From: Trichosphaerium sp. ATCC 40318
Lineage: Eukaryota; Protista; Tubulinea
Reading direction: 5' to 3'
DNA: 64,000 bases
Assembly (NCBI GenBank): GCA_038496445.1
Contig: JALMLS010000208.1
Location: forward strand, 186,001 to 250,000
Shown one piece after another: positions 12,716 through 25,569 of the stretch. The notes under the pieces are model-generated. The model made no database searches and had not been told where the DNA came from. It was given only the letters and a program-made list of their open reading frames with translations. Made by a program: the position numbers and the translations under genes. The number at the start of each line of letters is the position of its first letter. The stretch's first letter is position 1.

Positions 12716-14226
12716 ATGGCAATATCTCATCACCTTTTTCTGGTTTTTCTATGTATCGCTATAGCACTTGCTGCTGTTCCTGGTACTTTTGAGAGTTACA
12801 TTGTCGACTATGAGGGAACTAATTTTGAAACTGGAATACGTTTCTTGAATAAAACTGACCCAACTCAAGTTATCGGAGGTACATTTTATCTATGGCATCA
12901 TATCACTTCTACTGTACTATTCCTTTTTTGTAGAGGAGTTGACCATTTAGGAGTAGAGTTCTTGTCAACTTCCACTCTTTACTAATTTCGTCGTTTTAGA
13001 GTGCGCAAACGTTACATCGCAGCGATTTTATGACGTAGTTGGAATGGCTGTACTTCCAGACAATAGAATCGTACTTTCTCGCGGCCCTTCAAGAATAGGA
13101 TCAGGTCCTGCTTTACCTACATATGTGTATGACCAAAACTGTACCAAAGTACGCAACTGTTGCACAAACAACCCCAAGTCAACGACTTTCCGACTTGTCT
13201 TTTTTATCAGCTTTCCTAATTCTGTACGACCTGTTAAACTTATTGGATCTAGTTGAAAGAATGTAACGTTTCTGCATATGCTTCATTGTCTGTTGACCCT
13301 TACTCTGGAAAGTTGTTTTTATGGGGAGAAAACGATGGAACTAACTTCGTTCGTGGTCTTGCAGAGCTTGATGTAGATACCTGTAATATAACAAACAGGT
13401 GTGCTGATATAGTCACTGGATCCCCTGACGTAGTTCATGGTACGCAGATACATTATTAGTCAAGTAAAGTAGCTGATTGTAATTGTTTTAGCTGCTGTTG
13501 TTGGAGACTTTATTTATCAGGTTGCTGGTTTTTCTGAAATGATCATTGAAGCATCAATTCCTAAAGACAACGCAACAGCTAATTGTGAGACAACCAGAAG
13601 CCAATCTTTTCCGGATTTTTGTGACCGCCCAAGGGGTAAGAAACATGAGCAATTCTTAGCAAGTTTTTTGCACTTTTTCTTGTACTAACATCTCTTTAGG
13701 TGTATCAACGCTGGATATAGAAACTCTGTTAATTGTCTGTAATAACGACTCAGTTATATTATTTAATATTACATCGTTCTCGTTCTCAGATGTTGTTGCT
13801 AATGATGTTGACGTTGGTTTGTTTGACATGGCATTATTTCCAAACCCAAGCATTGTTGTACCTCCACCAACAACTCAACCTCCAACAACTCTACCTCCAA
13901 CAACGTTGCCTCCAACTACGTTACCTCCCACAACGGAATCTCCTTCAACGTCAGCACCAAATGCTTCACCAACTACAGAAGCACCTACTACGGAAGTACC
14001 GTCTACATCAGCTCCACCTACTACTGAAGTACCGTCTATATCAGCTCCACCTACCACTGAAGCCCCAACAACACCATCCTCCACTACTGTTACTCCTACA
14101 ACTGCATCAAATACAACAGTTTCTCCTACTACTGTGGCACCTACTTCATCTAACACACAAAGTAGCAGTGTGCGTATTGTATTTGGAAGTATACTTGTGT
14201 TAGTGATGGCTTTACTGTCACTATAA
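12716..14226 (+). CDS. Secreted cell-surface protein with PPTT/PSTSAP mucin stalk and GPI-type C-terminus
   Basis: Signal peptide 'MAISHHLFLVFLCIAIALA', Cys-containing globular exons, a Pro/Thr/Ser stalk and the hydrophobic tail 'IVFGSILVLVMALLSL*'. Confidence 0.75.
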
Positions 14227-15318
14227 TATTTTTGGTTGTTACTTTAATAAACTACAATTAGTGCAATTTTGAATGAAACCAAAAAAGATTCAAGAGTTTT
14301 ATATCACGTAATATTACGTGTTTGAAAATCAGTTAAAACTATTGCTTTGTTTCAAGCGAAGTACCAACTTTGTAGATCTTGCACACGTGGTTGTTATGTT
14401 GGTTCAAGCTGTCGCTATGTATAGTAGACCACACATCCTCACAGCAAGTGTTTAGTCCAAGTGGCTTACTTTATTATGTATATAGTTTTACTTAAGCACG
14501 CCAGGAAGGCAGGACTTAGATTTTTCAAAAACTAAGACAGTTTCATTTCGTGACATTCAACCTACTAATGTGAGAAGTTATGAACAACTTCTTGTATTGG
14601 TACAAAGAAGCAACTGGCTTTACTTGCAGAGCTCAGACAACCATTGGTTCGAGGCGGTTACCTAGCTCACGATGATAATATCCAATTAAACATTGCAGAT
14701 ACGCAGTACATCGTGGTGATTTCACTATAGAGTCAGATTAGCTTTTGTTGATTTCTTTACTTTAGTATCATATTTACTGTAGTATGTACAGTTACGTGAA
14801 CACTAAGATCAATTGCCAGCTATTTTCGCTGGCACATGAATCCAAAAAAGCTCCTTGATCGGTGTACTAAAATGTCGAAAAAAAAGTCGAAAAAATGTTG
14901 AAGTGATATTGAACTACTTATTTGGGTTTTCCCCTTTGATCCAATCGCGTGTTTCTAGTTTGCTTGTTACATGAACGTCGTAAAACGCATGTTTTCTCGG
15001 CACTTTGCCTCCCGAAAAATTATTTGAAATTCAAATTGAACAACGGGTTCTTGATGGCCCTGTTTTAGTACCGAAACATACTATTAAAACTATGAATCCC
15101 AAGCCAGGTAATGAATAAATAGCATCATAATCACGAGTTTTCTCGCGCTTTGAAACGCACGTGATTTCTCGTGACAATTTACTCCAAATGTTTATCTGAA
15201 TTGAAAGAAAGCCTTAAAAAATGTGTCTGTTGTGTTTAGAAGCATGTCATTAACAACTGAGAGTTAAGTCATTCCTACGTTCTTTTTTGATGCTTTTTCA
15301 AGAAACAACTCTCGTAGA

Positions 15319-16600
15319 ATGCATCACAGCTCTAGAAAATTATCTCTAATTGTTTTTCTGGCGTGTATTTCTGTTTGTATTTGTCAGAGACCTCCTGGAT
15401 ACTTATTCGGCCAGTTTGATGATACAGTTCCTCTTCCTCGACAAGTAGAGATATTAACAACAGATCTTGAGTTTAACAGTAAGCTATGCAGTTGTAATTA
15501 TTGCTGCTCAGCTGAACGAGGTTAATCTGAGATAATTTTTTTAGATCTTCGATCATTTGGCATCAATGTTCCTATTACAACTCCAGAAGTTGAGTCACCT
15601 AGAATCAGTATGTCACTTCTTTATTGGATGTAATACATCATTTTCATAATCACGTTTCCAAAACTCTTACTCAAGCTTGTAATGAGGGTGCACTACACCT
15701 ACTTGTAAACTTGCTTTGTATTTTTCTTTTTCATCCCTAGCCTCTTTTTAATGTCGAGTTCATAAACCCTCTGTGCTGATGCATTCGTTTAGTACCTACA
15801 TTAGATGGTGCGATGATATTGGTTGTATTTGGTGATTTTGTGTCAGTTAGAGCAATAGATAACACTGAGATTTGTACTGGTTCTATTCCAGGCTCGATTA
15901 CTACTGGCGGTTTCGTTGATGACACTCATTTTTATGCAAATTTTAATCAACCACCAAGGTCAATAGGCCTATTTACGCTTGACATCACTAACCAAGGCGA
16001 CTGTATATCTCGTGATTTTGTTGCTTGTACATTGACAGATGGTCTGCTGTTCACCAGTATGTGAAAACTTTGTCTTTTTTGATTTTCTTACTTTTTTTTA
16101 GTTGTTGTTGATGATGACACAATATACGTAAATGGTGCCCTTTTCGCGCCTACGCCTGTAGGTGTCGCATTAGAGCTAGATATATCACTTTTAACTGGAG
16201 GCTCTTGCACCATTGACATGAGAACTCTTCCTGCTATTTACCGTGGTCCAGTTTTTCCACTATTTCAATCTGTGGGTCTCAATGATACAACACTACTATT
16301 AACAGATTCACTAACAGGTGAAACGTTGTCTCTTGATAAGACAACAGGTAATCGTCTTTCTCATTCTTATAAGTCTGTCATTGATACTTTGCTTTCATAG
16401 GTACTACAGAATCTTACAATATGGCACCTATGGTTGAACCAAATTCAAGACCTGTTTTTTATCCTGGTCTTTTGTGTTTAAAGGTACGTAATGTTTATTG
16501 GGTTTTTTTATGTTCAAATGATTTTAATCACGTGACTACTGCCATAGATCACGCCACAAATGAATGCTGCCAGGATAGAATTATTATCTCGTTAGTCTTT
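15319..16600 (+). CDS. Secreted multi-exon protein (beta-strand rich, distantly like 12716-14226); may be degenerate
   Basis: Signal peptide 'MHHSSRKLSLIVFLACISVCIC' and several coding-like GT-AG exons. A possible frame problem lies near 15760-15800. Confidence 0.5.
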
Positions 16601-17453
16601 AGTTGTACTTCCAAAATGAGTTGGCAAAAAAATCTAAATACATAAACTCGTTACTTGTTGTCTTGAGCAATTTCTCTGGCAAAGTGGGGTTTTTACATTC
16701 TAACATCGTAAACACATGTTTTATTGGGTATTGACTTTGCGAATAATTGTTTGCAGAGGTTAAACAAATACAATGTTTTATCTGTTAACAACATGTTGCT
16801 TACAAGAGCTCCAATTTCGCTACAATGCTTGCTAATAGCAAATATTTCGATATATACTACACTTTTGCTTGGTTCTGTCGTTGGTTATATCCTTATTATT
16901 AATTACTGAGGTATGATATAGCGATGTTCCAAACGGATAGATTGCAAAATCCGTATTTGAAAAAATTTCTTGGTTTATTCGAATATATTCTTCTCGCTCT
17001 TATGGTGATACAACACGGCACAAATTACATCATTATCACTGTCCTAAAACCATTTCTTTACGTCCTCGCAACGTCTGAGACTTTTTTTTAATACAGCGAC
17101 AGAACAGATCAAACTACAAAATTATGTCAAAATTTGTTATACCTCTAGTGATGGCTATTTCTACGCTTGGAAAGTACTAAAAAGTGGTTTTGAGACAGCA
17201 AAAAAATAGATCACGTGGCGTGGCTCGCCCACAAACACTAGAATTCAACAAAGTAACCTTGCCTGCTTGACAATTGCGGTTTGAACAGTAACCTAGTAAC
17301 AAAAGCAGTAACATAGAACAAAAAGGTTCTATGACTACACCTCTGGTTTATTAAATACTCAATAGCTACAATGCCATACTGGAGCAGTAAGAAAAATGCA
17401 TCAACAAGTATGGGTCAAGCTTACACCAATAACAACAGCAAGGTTTTGGTTAA

Positions 17454-19295
17454 TTAGCCATAATATCTGTAATAGCTTGCTTTAAGAGCCTGTAGTCTTT
17501 TCCTTGCTTCTATTTCTTTTTGTTGCTTTTCTCTCTGTACCTTGTCTTTATACTCTTGTATAGTGTTACAGAACTTAGTAGAGCATAACAAGTCTTTCCA
17601 TATAGAACAAACTTGTCTTGCATTTGATACATCTTTTGCTTCAAAGTTCTCAAAGATAACCACAAAAACTTCCAATGGTAGCGGGCTTTCGCTTGAGTAT
17701 GATTGTATTCCCTTGAAAGACCATGATGGTACCCATTTTTGTTGAAATTGAGGTGATGGCGTATAGTTTGGGAGTACATTATTAATAGGAGCAATCATAT
17801 CCATTATTTCGGTTGTGTTTTCTTTGAAGATGATGTCTTGTATGCTTGTTACTGTTCTCTTTGCTATCCTTTTAGCTGCTTCTAGGCATAGTGGTTTTAT
17901 TACATTTTTATACAAGTCTCTACAGCAATGGTTAGTATAGCTTAAATCTCCAGAAGAACGAAAACAAAGAAAAAAATATAATGTTCATGAAACAAAGCAG
18001 TAAAACATCAGAAATAAAAAAAATGATTCAACGAAGAACAAATGAATTATCACGTGCTCCAAACCCGTATTGGAAACAAACTGAACATTCTCTATGAAGA
18101 AAAAAACTTGTAATTCCAATTGGTGCTAATAGTTGTTGTTTACACACCACATCAAAGCGTTTTGGTGGCTTTTTGTTTTGACAAAATGTGCGGCATAAAA
18201 GCAATATACAACTAGTTGTTACCACGTACTTATGCTCTTCTGACATAGGACTGATAGCAACGTTTATTCTTGTAAGGTTATTGGTGAAGCAAGCAAAAGA
18301 AGCAAGTGATTGAATATAAGATAATGACTTATTTGTCATATTCTAAATAAGGATTTATTAGAGTGTAAACAATATGCCAAACGGTTACCTTCAATTTATC
18401 AAGCTCTTTAACATATTCCGGTGATTTTGAAGTAACAGGTTGAGCTCTAAGAAAGAAAATTAATCAACTACAATAACCACATGCTTATAAATGGAGCTGA
18501 AGTTTAAAAAAAGAGGTTGCTAGTATCAATAATTAAAGAGCTTTCTGACGTACAACTTCCTCTTTAAATCAGTGACTGTAATTTGCACACCTCTATACTT
18601 ATACCGCTCTCCAATATCCAAGCATGCTTTTGAAATTGGTTTATCAACTGAAAATGGAAAACCAAAAGCAGCATTTCCACGAGCTGAACGGAAGGTTGTG
18701 CTTGCTATTAAAAAACTTATTGACTCTATTTGTTGCAGTATTGCCCTCTTAATAGCATCAAATTCTGTATTAAGAGCTGGATACTTTAGTATCCTATCTT
18801 GGAAAGAGTCTTCGCGCTTATATCTCATCAGTTGCCAGACATAAAGAGGGTATATATTGCTTGCAATATCGTATACTTCTTTCCATTTTTTGCTTATTAA
18901 AATAAACCTATCACGTGTATCTCTTCTTTTCAAAATATATCCTAGTAGTTGTATACATAAGCAATGATAAGAGCCATGATGTCACTAGAAACAAAGCTTA
19001 CCTTTGAGTGGCCCGTTAAAGTCAAAAGATGGCGGATCGTTTTCTCTATTCGAATACGTCTCTGGAAGTTGTATGTTGGTACCAAGAGCTTCACTCTCCT
19101 CACGCAGTACAGAAGATGAAACCTCGTTTCCCTTATCATCCACTAGATCTAACAACGCGATACCTAATATCAAGTGTGGTCAGAACTTTCAAAGCAAGTA
19201 AACAACAAGTAGTTCGTACCTTGTTTCTCGTTTTGAAAAACACTGAATGTCTGGTTTGAGATTATTTCTATTACATAAGTGTAGCCTGGTTTCAT
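17454..19295 (-). CDS. Multi-exon protein with a C-terminal F-box and a coiled-coil tail
   Basis: The last exon has 'LPLEVFVVIFENFEAKDVSNARQVCSIWKDLL'. Upstream exons (18526-18943, 19002-19170) join in frame through a 58-nt intron (GPLK-GYILKRR). Start uncertain. Confidence 0.6.
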
Positions 19296-19447
19296 TGACA
19301 CTACGTTTGCGTTTTGTTCTAGCCATTCTTTAGCCCATTTGGCGGGCTCTGATGTAAAACTGCCACAAGCAAAAACATAGACGCTGTTACTAACAGTGAA
19401 CGCGATTCCAGTTTCACCTTTAGCGTATTAGCATACTCTGACTGTTT

Positions 19448-19750
19448 TTAGAGCGTACAATCATATTTTGGCACTAAAGTGTACTCATGGGTGTTGAACA
19501 GCGCAGGTGTATCTTCAAGAGCTATTTCTATGGCGTTTGGTATTGATGACGCTGCAATACGGTTGTACTCATCATCAAGCACCAAATAACCGTCAAAGTA
19601 AGTATCATCGCCTTTATTAGCGTTTTTACCCTTTGTATAGACACTCAAGTTATTTTTAACGTCTTTTTCGATACAAATAACTGATAACTTATCAATAGCC
19701 TCCAGAATAAGCGATTTTAATCTTGCAGGCGTATTGTAATATTTTTGCAT
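19448..19750 (-). CDS. Intronless 100-aa hypothetical protein
   Basis: Clean ATG-to-stop ORF with protein-like composition and no recognisable motif. Confidence 0.45.
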   Translation of the reverse strand: MQKYYNTPARLKSLILEAIDKLSVICIEKDVKNNLSVYTKGKNANKGDDTYFDGYLVLDDEYNRIAASSIPNAIEIALEDTPALFNTHEYTLVPKYDCTL

Positions 19751-20151
19751 CGTTTAGCGCAATTACAAGCAGAAGAAATAAAATTATGTTACTGATTATT
19801 CTTGGTAGCTTGTTGTGTATGGTATTCGCAGTTTGAGCTGATTAATGAAGATCCTTAAGCCTGCGTTCACTTAAAATGGCACTAAATGAACTTTCACGGA
19901 CTTCATTTCAGTGGCTGGCTTCTGCCATTTTAAGAGACCGTGAAACAGATCTGGCGATTAATCTGTTGACACATCGATTCTTGTTTAGAGATGGCATGTA
20001 AATGCGTATATTTTAGCAAAACACAAACAAGTCACATGGGACGCATTGAGTAACATTAATTTCTCTTTCAAATACAAATCCATAGCACAACAAACCAAAA
20101 ACAAACAAATCAAAAATAATTCACGTATTTCAGTTGTTTTCTTTTAACTTT

Positions 20152-22300
20152 TTAACGTCGTCTCTTTAATGGTACAATATGTACTGAATTCTTTGCTTCA
20201 TCTAGTTTTTTCCATCGTCCTAGTCTATGTTCTTTTCCAACAGCACAGCAAACAAATTTTTTTGATTTTGCAAACTTGATATCATTAATGAATCCAGTCA
20301 CTGGGGCTTCAGCATACATTGTTACTGTACGCTCCTTCAAGCTACTATGCCAGAATTTAAGTGATCCAGTTGATGACCCAGAAGCAAAAACATCTGAAAA
20401 TTTTATAGTCTCAACAGCAGAAATCCAGTCATTGTGGCCAGAAGCAACCTAAGTTTTTTTTTCGATTAGTTTTTTTTTCTTTTTTTTTTCTTGCTTTGCT
20501 CATGACGTACTTCTATGAGTGGTCGTTTCTTTGATGTTGTCCATAGTCCTATAAGACCTGCTTGATCACCTGATACGAATGTATTTTCTGTTACAAGTGA
20601 TAAAGCATCAATATGTGATTGTTTGTGTTTGAATACAAGTTGAGTCTCATCCAAGACTTTCCAAAGTCTTGCGGATTTGTCCTCTCCTGTAAGACACGCC
20701 AATTAGTCTCAGTGCCTCTCAATCGCGTTTGGGCGAGTAGATACATACCTGCTGATAAAGCTAGATCTTTTGCAATAGAGTCAATGACATGAACTCCTGA
20801 TTGATGACCGAATAATGTTTCTACATACATACTTTGTTCACAACTCCAAACACGGACTGTTCTATCAGCGCTACCACTGTATAGTTCGTGGCTTAGTGGT
20901 TGAAAAGCAAGAGCCGTTACTTTTTCAGTGTGACCTTGGAACGCAACATGAAGACTCTTTTGCCTAAAACAAGTCAGCAAAGCAATTGCGAAAAATGAAA
21001 AAAAAAAATTGATATTCTACGTACCGTGTATCCCATATTCTAATTGATTTATCTTTACCGCCAGTAGCCAAATATTTACCATCGGAAGACAATGCCATAG
21101 CGTAAATCTAAATGTAAATTTAATAAAAAATTTGTCAAAAAAAACAAAAAAAGATTCTGCATTCTTCTTGCGTCAAGCCACACAAGCCAACTTTTTTAGG
21201 TACATAATACAATCAACAAGATTTCATACTTACCTCGTGTGTGTGGCCCTCCATTTTACCATATTTTGGCGTTCTAGCACCTCTATATGTCCATTTTTTC
21301 TTTCCAGCTTCAATATCCCACATGATTACACAACAATCTTTTGAAGCGCTGAAAGCGATTGAGTCATCTGGTGATAGAGCGACTTGTGTGACCTATGATT
21401 TAGTTAGATTTAAGCGTAACAAGCTATAGCTTCAAATAAGCAGAAGTTTTGTAGCACCAAACGAAAAGAAAAAAAAAACGCTATTGTCATTTTTTCTACG
21501 CTCTGACAGACGCTTTAGTTGCTCAAACCAGGTATTATGCGTACAGGTAGTGAATGGCCTTTGAGTATACGATGTTTTGAAGGGTCTGTTTCTGGCTAAA
21601 GTAATTTGTTAGCAACGATCTTACAATTTCTTTGCGGCTGCGTTTCATTGTTCGCGCTAGCGTACCATAATTGAAGAACGTAAGTCTTGAAATGGCTCAA
21701 GGCCTTGTGCTCGCATCTCATCTTGGTATAGCTTTTCTATTAAATGTGTTAGTGGCGTAGTGCAATGCGTTAGACGTGATTAACAATTGACACGCTATTC
21801 ACGTCAAAAACGAATAAAATAGCGTAGTGGTGCTGAGAAATCGTATCACTGCGCAAAGCGAGCGTCTCGCACCTTGTGTATCTCGTTCATCTAAATCTAA
21901 GTCTTTTATGTACTGTTTCGCGATTTTTAGCCTCTTGGCGTCAGCATTATCCTCTTCATACTCCTATATTACAATATTAATATGATTGGACGAAACTACA
22001 ATAATAATTATGCGTGTAACTATGAGTTGTAGTAGTTGTACGATCTGGAGAGCGTTTTAACGCAATTGGTTTGTATTGACAAAATTGTTTTACAAACCAA
22101 GAAATTAGCGGTAATGATTTGCTACGCTTTGACGCAGGTAATGGTTAGCGCCGCTCACAAAATAGCCGAAAGATTACTGTCACAGGCCAAAAATATTGAT
22201 GAGAGTATGCACATACGCTAGATCCAGTATTTGTATAATCTCTGCTTCTTTTGCTACCAACTGGAACAAAAAATGTTTCAGGCCTTGTAGTTGGTCGCAT
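20152..22300 (-). CDS. RRP9: U3 snoRNP-associated WD40 protein (U3-55K)
   Basis: WD40 exons 'LYSGSADRTVRVWSCEQSMYVETLFGHQ', 'DKSARLWKVLDETQLVF' and C-terminal 'AVGKEHRLGRW' are typical of Rrp9. Acidic N-terminal exon 'DAKRLKIAKQYI'. Putative ATG at 22300. Confidence 0.9.
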
Positions 22301-22557
22301 TGTGCTCTTTCTATGCGTATTAAGCGTTTAATTATCAAAACGGGAGAAAGGACGGGCAATAAAAAAAAATCAGGCTGAGCTAATCTTTTGGTCAACCTTG
22401 GTTCAACCAAGTCTGGGCTTTCTTACTTGCACAAAAAAGAAGGTGGACGTTTATACAATCTACAACGCGTGTAGCTTTGCCTGTTCGAACTTAATTGCCT
22501 TATTTGTATTATACAGCAAGTTTGTAACCAAACGGCAACCGACTTGCACTAGTTCGC

Positions 22558-24237
22558 ATGGGTAGCGGCTACTCAGGTTGCTTGTCCTTCGAGAGCCGTA
22601 CGACACACTCGAAGGCGATAGACTCCGTTATAAAACAAGAGATCAAAGAACGTAACCGCACTACAAAAATACTCATTCTGGGCGCAGCTGGAAGTGGCAA
22701 ATCTACAATTTTAAAACAAGTCATATCGTTGTACTCTGGCTTTTCAGACGTAGACGTTGCAAACTACAAAAGGATTATACAGGTGAATATCCTTTCGGGT
22801 ATGAAGTTCCTTATAAACAAAGCAAAAAACAACGGCATAAAGATACCACTCCGTCATAAGCCATACATGCGTATTATTAATGAAGCAAATGTATACGGTA
22901 CGCTAAAAACCTCTTTTGTAAACTGACAGTTTTTTGGTTGTTTTGTGAAAATAGCGCCTTTAGTAAAACACCACTCCTTTACTTTCTATTGTCGTATTCT
23001 ACAACATGAATGGAGAAATTGGACATTACGAAAAGACATTTGTTGCTCAAAACAACTGAAAACCCATCTAGTTTGTTTTTATGTAACGTTTACTGCGTTT
23101 TCCTTGTTTTCTGACTTTTAACAGACACAATTACTAAACAACAACTCGACGCTTGTCATTTCCTTTGGCCTTTACGCTCTATTCAAAGCACATACGAAAT
23201 ACAGACGAATGATGCTGTTATACAAACACAACACTTAAAATACTGGATGGACAACGTAATTAGTAATTTAATAGACAAATACGACTCCTGGACGCCAAAC
23301 GATAGAGATATTGTCCGTTGTAGACAACGTACAACTGGAGTAAACGAAATGTCCTTTGACCATCTCGGAAAGCGATGGACGATTATAGATGTTGGTGGTC
23401 AAACAAACGAACGGAGGAAATGGTTACATGTGTACGTTTTTTTTAGGTGTTTTTCTTTTTCGGCGGTTTTTGTCCTTTTCTTGTATTCTACGCAAAAACC
23501 ACGTATACACGCGTAGAGAGTATTTATTCAACGACCAAAAGAACTACATTTAGCTTATTTTTTTTGTTCTCCCGTTTTGGATAAAAGGGTTTACGTCGGT
23601 CGCGTGTACGCGTGTGAATGCGTCCAAACAAAAATTAGGAGTTTTACTCTGCTTTTTGTAGGAAATTTACTGTATCTACTATTTTTACGACACTGTGTTC
23701 TTTTTTTTTGAGTTTCAACACATGGTAGCTTATTTATTTTTTTTTTTCTTTTGTCAGGACACAATTTTTGGTCACGTCATCTTTGTCCTTACTTCTTTTC
23801 TTAGATTTGAAGGCACTCGTTCTGTTTTGTTTACTATGGCTACAAATGAGTGGGATGTTCCTTGTGAAGAATGCGCTGGCGGCACAAAGTTGGATATGTC
23901 TTTGCGTATTTGGAAAGATCATATCAAGTCTCCTTTCTTCTCTAATGCATGTCTTATTCTATTTCTGAATAAGATAGATATTCTAAAGCAGAAGCTTTAT
24001 GCTGTAAATTTTAAGGATAGCTTCCCGAACTTTCAGGGACAAGAGAGGGATGTTGATAGTGTTGTTTCATTTTTAAAAGAAAAGTTCTTGGCTGAGCTTG
24101 ATAATTCAAAAGATGGGTTAAAACGGACTGTTTATGTTCATGCTATTAGCGCTATAAATAAGTCCGATGTATTTTCAGTTATGAAGGAAGTCCTTAGTAA
24201 GATTGAAATATACAAAGGTGGTCTTGATGTACTATAA
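22558..24237 (+). CDS. Heterotrimeric G-protein alpha subunit (divergent), 3 exons
   Basis: Myristoylation-type MG start; G1 'GAAGSGKST', G2 'RCRQRTTGV', G3 'DVGGQTNERRKW', G4 'FLNKID', G5 'HAISAI'. Confidence 0.92.
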
Positions 24238-24783
24238 ATAGAGGAAAAAAAACGTTTCAACAAAATACTTACAAGTAGCGTAAATAAAACAAATTGTACA
24301 ATGGTTAAACTAATCCGGTAGTGGCTTATTAATAATGTTTTTGAAGATATCAACAACAGCGGTGCAGTACATAGGATGCGGTTGATTATTTTATAAGTCG
24401 TAAGCTTGAGCGATTGAATCTCGTTGCAGTTAATATTGCATATGATTCCGCCATTAGATACAGTCTGTAGTACTTACATTGTGCCAAACATCTGAATATC
24501 ACGTTTTGAGGCACTGCTGTATTTTTGCATCATTGGGAGTTGAAACAAAACGAGAAATCAATATCGTTTATTGCGAGTGGCATAGTACATTCTTTCCCTA
24601 CTCCTCAAATTATCTTGACGCAATGAGATGTCAAAATCACAAATGTGACACTTTACACTGAATTCGCTTTTCTTGAATTCAGAAAACTGTAAATATTTCA
24701 TGGCCAACTTCTACAGCTACAAACACACTTCGGTACTTCACTCTCAGAGTCACAGAATGAGTATGTAGTGAGAACTTCTTTCT

Positions 24784-25299
24784 TTACATAAGGCTCATAA
24801 TAGCTTCAACAATATCTCCATTTGCTTTACGTAGTGCTTCCTCAGCGCGTTCTCGCGACACGCTGACCTGTTGTTATAGTGTCAGTGTAAGTATGACAAA
24901 TAAAGAATACCTGGGTCTGTACTAAGGAGATGAGCGTATCATGTTCTTGATTGTCCTTTTTATATCTGCTTGAGGTGCTTTTTTTCGGTCCTGGGTCGTT
25001 TGTGGGTTGAGTTTCTGTTTCTTTATTCTCGTCAATACTTTTTGTATTATTCGCTTCTAAATACTCTTTAGTGTTCTCTTTTGCGTTGTTTTTTAGGTTT
25101 TAGTTTTAATTCTGTAAAACTTTGCTACAGTTTCTCTATTTTACCTTCAGTACCGTAAGTTTCATTCCTTTGATCCTCTAAACGCGGTTGAGAGAGATAA
25201 ATGGACTTTTAGCGTACGTTCAAATGTATTTGTTCTTTCTACTTCTGGCTCTACAGGCACATCAGGAGAAACACCAGGAAAGCGAATATCAAACGCCAT
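24784..25299 (-). CDS. Small protein with a C-terminal NAC-alpha/HYPK-type UBA-like domain
   Basis: Exons from 'MAFDIRFPGVSPDVPVEPEV' to 'LISLVQTQ|VSVSRERAEEALRKANGDIVEAIMSLM*'. Confidence 0.6.
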
Positions 25300-25569
25300 T
25301 GTATACGTCAAGTGGAGCAATTCCAATCTGATTCACAGAGCCGGCTTTTTACAGGCAAAGTCAGTATTGGATTTTGGTCTCACAATTCTGCCGTTTGTCA
25401 TTTCCTCACTTATTGACAAACGATGGTCATGGATTTTGTATGTCCTTCTCAAATAGGTAATCAAAAGCTAACAGAGAAGGTATACTGGGTTAATTTTGTA
25501 CTCAACAAAAGAAGTTCTCGGTTGATGTTTAGTTTATTTAATTTACATTTTTTTTTGTTGTGATTTTGT

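Noticed and set aside
18985-19001. Ultra-short 15-20 nt introns (also at 35171-35190)
   Set aside because: Using them breaks the frame or is unnecessary; the 58-nt intron restores the ORF.
19830-19980. U3 snoRNA or hammerhead ribozyme beside RRP9
   Set aside because: No convincing U3 boxes and no intact CUGAUGA/GAAA core. Kept only as an unclassified structure.
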